A stretch of 56,105 nt of DNA, counting the filler, from Bipalium vagum (taxonomy: Eukaryota), in NCBI GenBank assembly GCA_037834085.1. It is 3 parts of 3 records of this genome, joined end to end, with 100 filler letters (N's around TTAATTAATTAA, not from the genome) between each part and the next. Parts side by side here need not be neighbours in the genome. Positions count along the whole stretch, not along the records: positions 1 to 18,118 come from JBBMKC010034071.1; 2 more parts are not named here. One strand, written 5' to 3'. The stretch's first letter is position 1. The number at the start of each line of letters is the position of its first letter. Below are positions 1 to 13,140 of this stretch, piece after piece. The translations under genes and the position numbers were made by a program. Under the pieces are notes generated by a model that did not search any database, had not been told where the DNA came from, and saw nothing but the letters and a program-made list of their open reading frames with translations.

Positions 1-405
1 TTCGTACCATAGGCATTATGTAGATGCAGCTGCATAAGGCGTGTGAGGCAGTTTCTTCCTTCCCATAGCAATTTCTATAGTTGCCGGCCTTTTTCAATTT
101 TTTATTGGTTGGTAAGTAATTAGTCCGATACTTTTGAATAAAGTACCATTCATCTGTACTGTTCATCAGTTTTTTGTTTAGGCGACTATTTGGGACAATT
201 GTTTTAGCCAGTATTCCTGCGCTGCACAAGTTAGCCCAATTCTCAAACATCTTTCTCCCGATTTCCTCATGTAAGTATGGACATAGCAGGTGAGTTGCGA
301 ATTTGTCAAAGATTGTGATTTTATTTCTAGCTTTGATGATTGTAATGATTCCACTGTTTTTGTTCAGTTGAAAGGCTATATTGATATTGTGGTACTTATC
401 AAAAT
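1..405 (-). mobile_element. Fragment of an RLE-type (R2/NeSL-like) non-LTR retrotransposon ORF, running off the window start
   Basis: Minus-strand open frame reads ...MFENWANLCSAG...DEWYFIQKYRTNYLPTNKKLKKAGNYRNCYGKEETASHALCSC. This fits the post-RT 'W..L..G', 'LPT' and (C)RxC...ETxxHxLxxC zinc-knuckle pattern of RLE-clade elements. Confidence 0.75.
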
Positions 406-479
406 AATGTATAGTATCTTAGTATATATAGTATCTATGGTATATATTAATGTATCTTGATTTTTAAATAATAGAAAAG

Positions 480-1024
480 TTGATCAACTTTCGAAAAAAT
501 CATCTTTAGCAATGAGGCGCATTTCCATCTTCATGGCCGCAGACTAAAATGTCCAATTTTGGGATCGGAAAATCCAAAGGTTGTGCATGAAGATATGATG
601 TATCCTGAACGGACACGATTTAGTGCAAATTTTGAGCTAAAGAAGTAATTTGGCCTAACTTTATCCAAAATTCAAGTGGAAAGCAGTCTCAATTAACGGA
701 AATCTGTATCGTGAAATGATTAAAAGCTTCTTATGGAAGGAAATTGATCATATGGATCTATTTGACATGTGATTTCAACAAGATGGTGCCACTATCCACA
801 CTCACAATGATACTTTGCTTTTAACGCAAAAAAATTTATGGCCGCGTTATCTTCAATCACTGTGAAACAATCAACATATGCTGGCAGGAATAAGACTATA
901 TTTCGGAATACATTTTGTTTCCATAATGCATGTACCTTGAAATAATGAAAAAATATTTACAATGTTGTATAAATAAATGTTTTATAAATGATTTAGAATG
1001 TCAGTCTTTTTTGGGACCCCTGTA
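480..1024 (+). mobile_element. Decayed Tc1/mariner (DD41D/rosa-like) transposase remnant with 3' terminus
   Basis: Broken frames give KIIFSNEAHFHLHG..GSENP and DLFDM*FQQDGATIHT. It ends in ttttttgggacccctg followed by TA. Confidence 0.7.
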
Positions 1025-3423
1025 TGTTTAACAATAGATTATAAGAATATAAAATAAGACAAATTAGTGTTTATTTGATTTTAAAGATGTTAAATATTAA
1101 ATTAATTTGTTGTCATGTTCAAAACATATTAAAATGTTGAATAAAAGTTCCAATATATTTACTTAAATATTGTAATTATGTATTAAAAAAATAAGATTTG
1201 TCTTATTTGTCCATAATTAAATTAAACAGGTGTGAACTGAATTTTCATAGTGCAAATAATTAATGTCATTTAATTAAGCCGATCGGAAACAATTTAAATT
1301 AGCTCTTGTCAATTCTCTGAACCAAGACTTTTTATATTAATGTGAATTTGATTGAGATTTTTGCTTGCCAATCATGCGTATATATCACACCTTTCAAGAA
1401 ACATCAATATATTTAACAGATTTACAATCAGGTACATAAGAAAATTTCCATATTTATAAACGAAATTGGTGGCTTGGTTGTTCATATCTTATATCTTAAT
1501 TGGATATGATGAGAACTTGATACATCAGAAGGTTTCCATCATCATAATAATTCATTTTGATGAAAAGAATTCAAGCAATTTCAGAAATTCTTTTATATGT
1601 TAAAATTGGTTGAATCCAAGGTCAAATATAAGTAAAATGACCTTGGTACTAAGTTCACTACACCACAGCTGGGCTAATGGTTTTTGGTACAAATTAGACT
1701 ACTTGAGATTTCACATTTCACGGAATTACATTGTTACTATTCATGATCATCAAAACCCTTAATAAGTTTAATACATCAAGTTGTATTATCGAAAATATTC
1801 CATTCTGAAATTTATTTATTTCGTTTAGAACAGAACCACTAAATTAAATATGGAATAAAATAAATAATCCAAAAATAAAATTCATACAACAATGTACATA
1901 AAAAAGGTTAGTGATTTTTTTGCGGATTAGTAAATAAAATTTTTTTATTTCAATAAACCAGGGCTTACAGATGATGAGTGACCTCCAGATTAACAGAATA
2001 ATGAGATGTTAAGACGTTGAATGGGAACTAAATGGCAATGACATTAATGATAAAATTACTTGAGATTTATGTTATAGAATTGTTTCGATGAAGATTAGTT
2101 CTAATGCAAAAATATTCAATGCATGATAGAATTTATTCTTTTTAAGAAAAGAATTTTTAAAATTATTTAAGTTTCACATCCTATCAAGGTCAAATTATGA
2201 TTGAAAAATAAATTAAAAAATAGATGGAAAATGAATTAAATGTTTGAAGTAAAATCTCTATTTCCTTTAACCCATTCGGTTTCGTAAAAGAAAGAAAGAA
2301 TCAATTTTGAAATGCTCAATACTTTGATTCTTTTACGAAGAAAACTTTAAATATAATGCAAAAAAATGAAAAGAAGCGATTGAATAGTAAGTAAAATACA
2401 ATTACATTTTCATTAATATTTTAAAATACAACAATTATTTATTTTTAAGGATGCCAGCTAAATAAATAGTTAGCATTAGAATAGTAAAAAGTTATTAAAA
2501 AACGAGAAAACATATGACCCTAAAACACGAAATTATTGAATTTGTTTACATATATAAAGAAAAATTATTTTTTAAAACATTAAAGTTATAGATATAAAAT
2601 TATAGATATTCAAAATTACATAGAAAGGATTTTCATTATAAAATCACGTGCTAATTTGTTATGATTAAATGAACATCTAATCATCAATGAATATATAAAC
2701 ATTTATAATACCATTGATGATGTAGTGGGAGGATACGACTATAAATCCTATACATGATAGTATTGTAGATAAAGATGCTGATGAAGTACATTTGCAAATA
2801 AATCCATCATTTGCTAAGGCCACGCAGTGTTAAAATTTATAAAACGATTATGCAACTTTAAATGACTTTGTTTCATCAATGATTCCATTATGTACAACAA
2901 AATTGTATTATCAAAAAGTTAAGTAAATTGAAAACAACCACTACAGATCAATATTTTAATAAAAAAATATTTGCTAGTTAATTTATTTCATGTATGAAAG
3001 ATTTCAATATTTTTTGTGTATTAATCTGTGATAATTATTTATATACACTAAAGTCTGTCTAAATTAAGCAACCGTATACTATTAAAAATATTAAATTGAA
3101 TACCTTTAATATTTGAATCCCTGTTGAATTTAAACAATTTGGTCAGTGCACAGTAGTATTCAATTCAATTAGGTTTCAATGTCTATAAAAGATAATATTT
3201 GATAAATTCACTTTTGATTTTAATTTTAAAATGCAAAATGTCTCATAATATTTTAAAGGAATATTAAGAAAAATTATATCAATATTTAATGTTTTAATAT
3301 TTTAATTCATTAATTAAAAGTTTAAAAAAGCGCATTTATTAAAATTGTTTGATGTATTAAGTTTTGAAATATTTTAAATTTTCTAATTAAATAAAATAAT
3401 TATTGTTATTATAACCTTTAAAA

Positions 3424-6205
3424 ATGGACATTTTCAATGACGACGATAGTAATTCATCCTTAAATCAAGACAGTTGGTGCTCTAAAATTTTTAAAAGAAT
3501 ATATTCAGTAAGATAATTAACACATTTTTATTAAATTTTAATAATTTTCAATTCAGAAATATCAAACATTCTTGGATAAATTAACCCCATATTATTCAAT
3601 TCGATGGATTATGTTTTTCGTTTTGTTTGGAACGTTTTGTGCAAGAATCGTATTTAGTCAAGTAAAGATGATAGTTTTTTGTTAATTTCAATTTCATGTG
3701 ATAGGGGTATTTTGTCATTGCTTATGCCTTAGGAATTTATTTATTAAGTCTGTTTATTGCATTTTTGTCGCCACGAGTAGATCCGGCTTTTACAAGTTTT
3801 TCGGGTAAGATTAATGAGTTTTACCCGTTGATGTTTTTATTTTTATAAACAAAATATTGTTTGTAATTACTTGATTAATTTTAAAAAATTGAAATCGATA
3901 AGTCTTATAATTAAGTGGAAGTAGTTAACGTCAACAGCGTTGCTCATTTTTTTCCTATTACTGAATGATTCTGTCTATTCTCGTTTTATAGAAATGATAA
4001 GTTTAGAAGTAGTAAATAATTCAATTTCCGCCACTATTTCTGTGTGTGTTTTGTGTTTATTATTTCATATTCAAATTGATTAATTAATCAAATTAATTTA
4101 ATAAATATCTGCTTTTATTTATCAACAAAGTTATTGCAGTGAACTTTAAAGTAATTTGATGTGGACTTCCATTTGGAATTGATCATGTAACAACCTGAAG
4201 ATTTCATGTTTTCTATTAGCATGCTTCATTTTTGTAGACAAAATGACTTGTGATAATCGATTTTTGGATTTAAAAAATAATTGGTGAATACCACGGTTGA
4301 TTAGGCAATTATAAAATCTATTGATTACCTAAAGGATAACAATTGTTTTAATATTACTATTGTAACAAGTATAACGTTTTGATAAATGTTATTCAATAGA
4401 TTTTCTTAAAACTCACGAAATCTTCTATTAATGCTGTGATAATTGAGAAAAGTTAACTTGACCTTTTATATCGTTTCAAAGCTCTAAATGAAATTGTACT
4501 AGTGTTTTTTGTGTATATCACAAGTATGTATCTTCAACCTAATACTGCCACTTTTTGACAGAATAAAATGTTCACGAAGCACATATTCATAAAAGAATAC
4601 GTGTCAACTCTTTACTCTTCTGAATGTTAAATTTGTATTGAAACAGTGTACACAATTATGTAAGATGGGCGCATTGAGCTGGTTCAGGCTTATTGAATAC
4701 CGATCTGATATTGCATGTGACAGTAAACCGAAAATAAGGACATTGATTTCTGAAAAATGATGGACTTGGTCCACAAAAAGCAGTGTTTATGATATTTTTC
4801 AGCCACATCTATCTCCAAGAGTGTAAAATGATCTTTATTGAAAATTTCTTACACAATTTAAACCAAAGTTTTCAAAATTGCTAATCTATTTTTAATCCGA
4901 ATGTTGACATATATTTCAGACGAAGAGCCGAGTCTTCCTACAACTTCACGAGGAGAATACAGACCGTTTATTAGACGGCTGCCAGAATTCAAATTTTGGT
5001 AAGTTTGTGCTGTTTTTACTCTAATTTTTTAAAATATTGATTATTAATATCGTTCAGGCTGGCCAGTTCCAAAGCATCGATTTTGGCGTTAGTTTGCACA
5101 TTTATACCGGCATTTAATGTTCCTGTTTTTTGGCCCATTCTTGTAATATATTTCCTCATGCTCGTCGTTATGACATTGAAGCAACAGATAAAGGTAAATT
5201 GATTCACAAAATATCTTTTGTGTCTCAGATTAAATGAAAATTTTTGTCAATTTCTCGGCTTTGTATAGCCATTTTTTCTCTCATGAATGATTCCATACTG
5301 TATTGATTAATTTCTTAATGTTATCCAAATTATTTCTAAATTTTTCTAAGTTCATAATAAGACTTGAGTTTCTTCTGTTCTTACTAGAGTAATTTCACAA
5401 ATAGCGGATTTAGCTGTAATTTCTTAAGATAAAATTTCAACTTTATCACTTTCACAGTGCTTTTTGTGTTCTGTACAAATTTACAGTTTGGATTGATCCT
5501 GATTATTCGTACTAAAATCTTTATGGACCATTGGTTAATTTATTACTTCTATGATGGTTCCATATCTTTCAATCGTTTAATAAATCTGATGATAATGATT
5601 GATATTTTTAAGACTTTGATTATTATTATTTTTGAAGAAGATTCTTTATCGATTTGTTTCAATTATTGATCTGTAAAATTCTAACGGAAGAGCTTATAGT
5701 TTCATCATTTATTTTCTAAGACAATTATTAGTTACAAGGATGTAGTAATCAAATACGTTCATAAAATACTTTCCTATTCAGTTTTGTCTATTTTTGTTAA
5801 TTTCAAGCCTTACTTAACCTTGTTTAAAATTTCTCTCACTGATTTTTTCATTTTATTTGTGCTGATTTATATTAAATTATTTATTCACACCACTCAATAA
5901 TTTGGACACTAAATAGAGCCAACAATATTATTGTTTAATTACTTTAATAATGATAATAATAATAATAAATTGAACTATTTAATTGGAATTCATTAACATC
6001 TCTTTTTCACTTATGTCGGAAATCGATCATTTATATTAGTTTTTAAAAATGTGAAGAGGCACTTCAGATCTTTCGAATATATCCTTTCCATTTTGAAAAT
6101 TTCTTATTTTTGCAGCACATGATTCGGTACAGGTATTTACCATTCTCTTACGGAAAACCACACCACAAGGGAAAAGAGGACACGGGCAAAGTTATTAATT
6201 CTTAA
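3424..6205 (+). CDS. RER1: RER1, ER membrane protein retrieval receptor; 6 exons, 197 aa
   Basis: Exons 3424-3507, 3557-3661, 3705-3804, 4920-4998, 5058-5193, 6116-6205 are all GT-AG and phase-consistent (594 nt). The protein has YQTFLDKLTPY..RW, YALGIYLLSLFIAFLSPRVDP, LPT..EYRPFIRRLPEFKFW, FNVPVFWPIL and QIKHMIRYRYLPFSYGK, which are Rer1 hallmarks. Confidence 0.97.
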
Positions 6206-8252
6206 AAATACCATTTTTGATTTATTCAATTATATTGGTGAATAGATATTTGATTATTATTATTATTGATTTTCTTATTGTCTTTGATCATGATTTACAT
6301 GATTTTAATATCTTTAACACTCCTCAAGGAGCACTGAATGGAGTGGAGTAGGTTGAATAATTTTCATTTGTTATTTTGTCAGAGCTTTTCAATGAAAGAG
6401 ATTTCTTTAATTTATGCTTAAACTCGTGGAATAAATTCTTTGACTTTTTATTAAAATATTAGTAATGGAGTTCTTTTTGTGATAAAATCTTTGATTGTTG
6501 TCCATGAAAAAATGACATAATATTTTTTTTATGGATTGCAGTTATCGATTGACGAGCACTGATAATGACTTTGGTTTAAAATTACGTAAGTCAGTTTCGT
6601 TGTAAATAGCAAAAGAAATTTCGAAAAATGTTCTTTATTTGTCATATTGCAATGGACTAGAGCAAAAAATTTTATATATACTTTTCAAATTGATTTCTTT
6701 TTTATAATTGCGAATTGCTTTTCATATCAAATTCAATGGAAATAGTTTTACTTTTAATAAAGTCATGTAGCATACATTGTGTTGTATATTCCAAAATAAA
6801 AAGATGAAAAGGATAATTGGTTAAGAAATATGTAACTCTATAATTATATATTTAGATTATTCAATTGATGTTTAAAAATATTTACCACTGACGTTTATTC
6901 TATTAGATTAAAATGAAGTGATGTTTCCAGTATCAATATTTCAAATTTGTTGCGTAAAAAAATAACTCGTAAATCCTACCTTAACATTATATTTCCGTGG
7001 GCTGATTAACTTGATAAAACTTACATTTTAAGAACTGTGATTTAACAATTGGTTGCAATCAATATCGCATTCTGCAAGCTTATCAAGTTTAAATTAACTA
7101 CTCAAAATCCTAGATGAATAATTTTTCTTTGGTTCAACAATACAATAAGTCCATAATTCGAATATTTACAATTTATTGGTGATTTTAAATATAATTTATT
7201 TGTGGGTAGTGAATTAAATACTAGAGATAACTAACTTAATATTGTAACAAACAAGAACTTCAAAAATTTACAAAAAGCTATTTTTACAGCACATTTAAGT
7301 GAAGACTCAATCACTGATTTTATTTTACCTTCGTAATATTTTTCGATAGTTTAAATGATTGAAATACTGCTTTCAAATTAAAGGTTTCATTTTTTATTAA
7401 TTTATCTCCGACTGTGAAATGGTTCCTTCTAAAACAAATACAAACCAGAGTACGTTTTTTTTTAACATAGCTAATCATTTTTTAATTGGTGTTAAAAATT
7501 TAGATCACGAAGTTCTATTGATTTAATTGCATTGGTCTGATTTCAATAATTTTAATGGATTGCTTAATAATCCGTCCATGATTTATTTAGTACATTCAAT
7601 TCGTTTATGTTAAATAATTATAAATTAATTATTATTAGTAAAATTCCGGTAATTATGAAACTGCGGATATAATATGGATAAGTAAAACTAAAGAAATCAC
7701 AATTTTTTGTGAAATTAAAGTTATACTGTTAGGTTTACCTATAGATACAGCCATTAGCAAGTCACGAAGAGGCGTGGGGTTTGGAACCTTTAACGGCAAT
7801 AGAGACTTAACTGAGAGAGCATTGAGTTTTACAGAAATAGAAAGCCATTTTGTGTGAATTATTTAAAATTTTTTTTTCATAGCTTTGTCAATTTTTCTGT
7901 GGTTATCTTTTTCTGTTAAAATTATTGATAAAAAGATAAAGATAAAATACAAATGAGCCGAATAATCTTTGACTTAGTATAAATAGTATACATTTGGTGT
8001 AAAGGTAACGGTTATGCTTATATTTAATAAAAGTGAATTCAACCTGATTTTGAGTCCTGGAAAGTTCTTTCATTCATTTTACAAAAAATATATATTAGGA
8101 AGTTAATAGAAAAGTGAATATAAGCAAGCCATTCTTTTGGAAGAGGTCGAGTTCAGTTATTAGAGTTAAGGCTTTATAAACCAAAACACCATGGTTCAAG
8201 TAAAATCCAGGTGTAATGATAATACTAAGGTCGAATATATAAGCACTAATAA

Positions 8253-10333
8253 CACTGAACATTTTAAAACTTTTCTAGGGCAATAAAAAACGTTGTGGTT
8301 TCCTATACATTTTTCTCATGCTGATTCCAAATCTGTCATTGGAATTCTCATATAACATCTAGATTTTGATATAATTCATTGTTAGTATTTTCATGAAAAT
8401 AAAAAATTTGAAGACCATAACCACAAATGTATAATTGTAGATAATAAGTAACATGATTAAAAGCAGACATAAATAATATAAACTTCAGTATCTGACTGGA
8501 AAGAAGTCCTTTTGGATCGCCTTGTGTAATTTCAATCATCTCTTTCTCGCTGATTACTCAAACAGCAGTCTTTCATCATTGAAGAATTCCACTTGTCTTG
8601 GTACCGCTTTTCCATATGAGAAATGTCCTCGTGAAACCGTTCACCATGGTAGTCGCTGACATCCAAAACATTGCAAGCAAAGAAATATGAGTGCAGAAAA
8701 TTCCTTTTCAAGGACAGTCTGCACACAAGAGTGTAATACGTGTCCAGTAGATTTCCCACCAAATGTTTATAATTTTCAGCTTTTTAATTACCATGAAAGT
8801 TGAAGCACTAATAAAGCTCTCCAAGCGCTTAATTCTATTTCGTTCACACTTCTTGCAAAATCTGAATCATGCATCATCTTCTTTATTTGAGGTCCTATAG
8901 AAATGCCTTCAGCTATTTTAGCATAACTGATTTGAGGAAACTTCATTCTCAAGTACTTAAATGCTGCGTTGTTCTTGCCTAGAGCTTTTACAAAGTTCTT
9001 CACTAGTCCTAATTTGAAATGACGTTCAGGGAGATACACCTTTCTACCATTAACCAAAGGTAGGTATCGAAAATTTTTAGATCCTGGTTCAATTGAACAA
9101 CTTGGAGGCCATTGCCTTTTATTAGAGTGCTCTGTAGTAACTCTACGGTCCCATAAGCACAGGAAAGATTAGTACTTAGTAAATCCACTTTGCAATCCCA
9201 AAAGCAATCAAATAACCTTCAAATCTCCACATATATTCCATTGATATTTGATGGATTATTATCGTATGTGTCTTTCAAATAAACGGAATATACCAATTGA
9301 ATACTGGGTTTCCTGTTACCATTGTGTAATAAAACACATTTCAAATTCGTTTTGATTAATCTATAAAAAGGCGTCACTCCGATGAATAATGACTAGCTTT
9401 CAGATATGAAAAAAGACATTCAATATTTGAACCGAAACAAAGTTTGTTTTTTTCTTTAAAAAGGCAGTTAGGAGATTATTTCTAGCTCTGAGTGAAGAAA
9501 CTTTGACTTCATTTGCCAAAAAACTCCACTGCAAATCTTGAAGCTAAAATTTACGATTTGTCTTTAGATAGATAGATCCATAGCAAAGTCATTAAGTTCT
9601 GATTTTTTTATTAGGTGATGCTCACTTGAAGGTCTTAGTTCAACATCGATGTGGGAATCATTTCCTATGGATTTTTCATCTGACGAAGAGACCTGTTCTT
9701 TAAGAGACAGTAAGGGTATCTGGAGTCCGATCGAATGAGGGGCCGTTCTAATAGCCGAGTTCAGATCTGGATATTTAATATTTTATATTATTTCCAGAAT
9801 ATCCTTGTACTTTCGTTAAACAAAAGTAGCAATCATTGATATGATTTTGTGGCTAACGCCATATCATAGGAACTGCAAATGGCATGGAGATTCGTTTTCC
9901 GCGAGACTAATCACTCAATCGATTAGAACATGTCTTACAGTACTGGCATGGAGCCCAACTTCTTTCTTGATCTCCAATCGGGCAGCCAAAGTAACCATAG
10001 TAACACCTTTAACTGCAGGCGTTATTTCCTTACACTGCCGTTTTACCATAAAAGATCACACATATGTAACAAAAAAAATTGCATTATTTTTACATAAGCA
10101 AAGCATTTTTAAATGTAATGAAAAAATGTAACGGATATTGAAAAATAGAAATATTACCAATATTAAAATGATGCGAAAATATGGTCAAATTGTAAATTTA
10201 AGATATTGCAAAAGTTAAATTTCAAAATATCTAGATGTGTTGCAGCAAAACAAATTTCATATTCAAAATCAGCACTTTCAATCTATAAAGTTACTATTTT
10301 TTATGCTTGGCCTAAAATCATCATTGATCAGTG
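8253..10333 (-). mobile_element. Full-span decayed Chapaev3 (CMC superfamily) DNA transposon
   Basis: Termini CACTGA...TCAGTG with TAA on both sides (3-bp TSD). Broken transposase motifs: YFGCPIGDQ..WAP, MPFAVPMIWR..NHINDCYFC, HFKLGLVKNFVKAL..YLRMKFPQISYAKIAEGISIGPQI, DYHGERFHEDISHMEKRYQDKW. Confidence 0.8.
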
Positions 10334-11022
10334 TAATTGAATAAAATACTTTTTTAGTAGTAAAATATTTTAAAATTTCGTTTTTTTTTGCTACAAGAAC
10401 GATAATTCTGTAAATGTAAAATAATTTAGTGGGAATATGCAAAAATATTGATATTAGGGGAATATTTTCCAAAAATTTCTTCATCCTGTGACCGTATTAA
10501 TTGACTGGCTGAAAAATCAAGAATATATAAGAAAAATACTGTAAAGGATACCTGAATGTAAAAGAAAATGTTGAATTTTTGAAGTGGAAATACTTATATT
10601 TTTTCTTTTTGGGGAGTCGGAAGAATACATATCGCCTGATAATTCAAGTTGATTCGTGAACTACAAGATAGCCAATTATTTTAGTGAGTAAATCTCTATT
10701 TATATTTTTAAGAATTGTGAATTTTGAATTACGTGTATTTGAGTTTAATTATTGACTTGTGATTTCTTTATTTTGGTGTATTGACTTGATTAATAAAATT
10801 TACAATGATTTCCGTTTTGAATTATTTTGTGATAAAAGCACGTAATTGGTAAAATTAGTGAGAAGTCAGTTAATTTTTGACTTAAGGCTAGATTTTTAAG
10901 GTATTACAGAAAATATTAATGATATTATCACTGGGTTGTGATAATAGTCACAAATCTTTTTAAAATACCTATAAAACCTACATTTTTGAAATATTTTATT
11001 TTACCTAATATATAATATATAA

Positions 11023-11118
11023 ATTTGTCATGACATCTTGGCATTGATCTTGATAATGAATACATAGTATAGTATATATATTAATTATCAAGATCAATGC
11101 CAGGATGTCATGACAAAT
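11023..11118. repeat. Near-perfect inverted repeat: 35-bp arms, 26-nt spacer
   Basis: 11023-11057 is the reverse complement of 11084-11118 with one mismatch, which is a G:U pair in a + strand RNA. Confidence 0.92.
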
Positions 11119-12056
11119 GTACTCAAATTACAGATTGTGGGATCTATTTAGAAAAAAATTGATAAAAACATATATTTCCAGATCCAATCTAATAATTGGT
11201 GATCATTAATACCAGTTAGAAGCAGAGTTAATTTTAGAAAACACAATCTCTCAAAACCTGAAAAATATTGAATGAAGATATAATGGATCTGTAATACAGT
11301 TACACATTGTTATATCGTACCTTAGAAGAGAGGTTACACGTAGAGCAGTTAATCTATCAGACATTGAAGTGAAACAAATATATTATTATTTAGACAATAT
11401 TAACCAAACTTTTATGCTCTCTATCTGAATTCAAATTAAACCAATATTAGTTGTGTTCCATAATCACAAAAATTAAGTTACCAATAAAATGTCTGTGACG
11501 CAATCCAAAATTCTAATGGCTCATAAAGCTTCACAAATAATTGTTATTTGACAACTTTCAGTTTTCAAGATAATTGAAAAACTTTATACTCTTACCAGCT
11601 CGGGGCTGTTAGTTCTCGTCATTTTTTCCTGAAAAATCTTTTCAAATTCCTTCAGTAATTATTTCTCAAATAACTTGCAACAAAAATTAAATAGTTCATA
11701 GTTTACTTAAGCTTATTTTCACTTCACTTTTATTCTCTTTTAATCCTATCTTTTTTTTACTTAGTTTCAACTAAGTTCTTAAGTCATTCTTAATTAGATT
11801 TCTAATTCTCTATTAATTTATTTTGTTCGTTATTTCTTAGTTCTATTCTAAAGCAGCTTTGCAAGTCTTTTAAATATTGGTTTGTAGAGATCCTGTCATT
11901 CAACAATTTCTCCTGTCTCAAGCAAAAAGCTCTTTGATGCAGTCATCAATCACAGACTTTTCCCATCTTCTCTCCTTTTATATTAATTTAATGAAAAATC
12001 CGGGACCTTTATATGGGTTCAACTCACGCATTCGACTGAGTCCTTTCAGAAAAAGG

Positions 12057-13140
12057 AGAATTAATTTATTTCATCTCATGCAGAAGAAAAAAATTGTCAC
12101 TTCATTTTGTAATTATGTAAATCAATTTCGTTTTTTTTCATGTCATTTTGCAACTGTGTAATTCAATTTCATTATTTTTATTTCAGTGTAAATTAAAGAA
12201 TTTTTTTAATATAAGTATGTAATTTTCTAAACCAAGTCTCCATTATGACAGTTCCTGATAATATCCGAAAAATAGTGATAGAGTCTTAGGTTAATGGACA
12301 GCAAAAAATAAATTTCTTCAATGCTTGGTGTAAAATAAACTACATATTCAATAATCAGAGTTTATGAAACTGAAGGAAGATATAAGCAGAAATTAGAAAC
12401 GATACTCGATTACTTGAAGATCCCTTTGCATATGCTAATGACTTTTGAAACCTATTATCTACAAGAAATAAATCAAATATATTTTTTGTGGACGAAGTAA
12501 GATTTAATATAAGTCTGCAAACCAAGAAAAGAAGATCTGCAATAAGTTCACCAGCTGTGCATTATGTTTCTGGACTAACGTTTAGAAATATTTCCGTATG
12601 CTGTGCAATGAATAAAGAAGGAATATATAAATATACATAAACAACTGCATTTAAATCAATTAGATTTGCTCAATTTATTCTAGAATTAATTCACTCAATA
12701 TTACTCAGGCTGTTATAATATTAGATAATGTTCCTTTTCACAACCATTATGATATCCCCGAAATATTTTCTAATAATCAGAGGCTCAGGTTAATGTTTCT
12801 ACCGCCTCATTCTCCATTTCCTAATCCGATAGGCTGCCAAACCGTCGAACAATAGTTACTCGAACTTATCGGTAATGCTTCACAAAGTATAACTAGTTCA
12901 GATTGTGAATGTGACTATCGAAATATAATAACATTTATTCTAAGATGTATGAATAAGCTGTCTATTATTGATAGTTATTAAATTTATTCGGTTTAGTGTT
13001 TTTTATAATATAATTATTCGCTTACTTTTTTAAAAATTTTTTATATCGTTTTAACTAAGCAAATACTAATTAATTACGAGATTGAAGTACAAAATTACGA
13101 AATGAGAGTCAAAAATTATGAGATGAAATGATAAATTCTG
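12057..13140 (+). mobile_element. Decayed IS630/Tc1-like (DD37E-type) transposon with imperfect long TIRs
   Basis: Fragments IFFVDEVRFNI, RNISVCCAM, VIILDNVPFH and LMFLPPHSPFPNPI. The ends are related inverted sequences (agaatt..atttcatctcat / atgagatgaaat..aattctg). Confidence 0.7.

Noticed and set aside
11025-11036. GTCATGAC resembling a palindromic thyroid response element
   Set aside because: Only a partial match to AGGTCATGACCT, far from the TR gene, and expected by chance.
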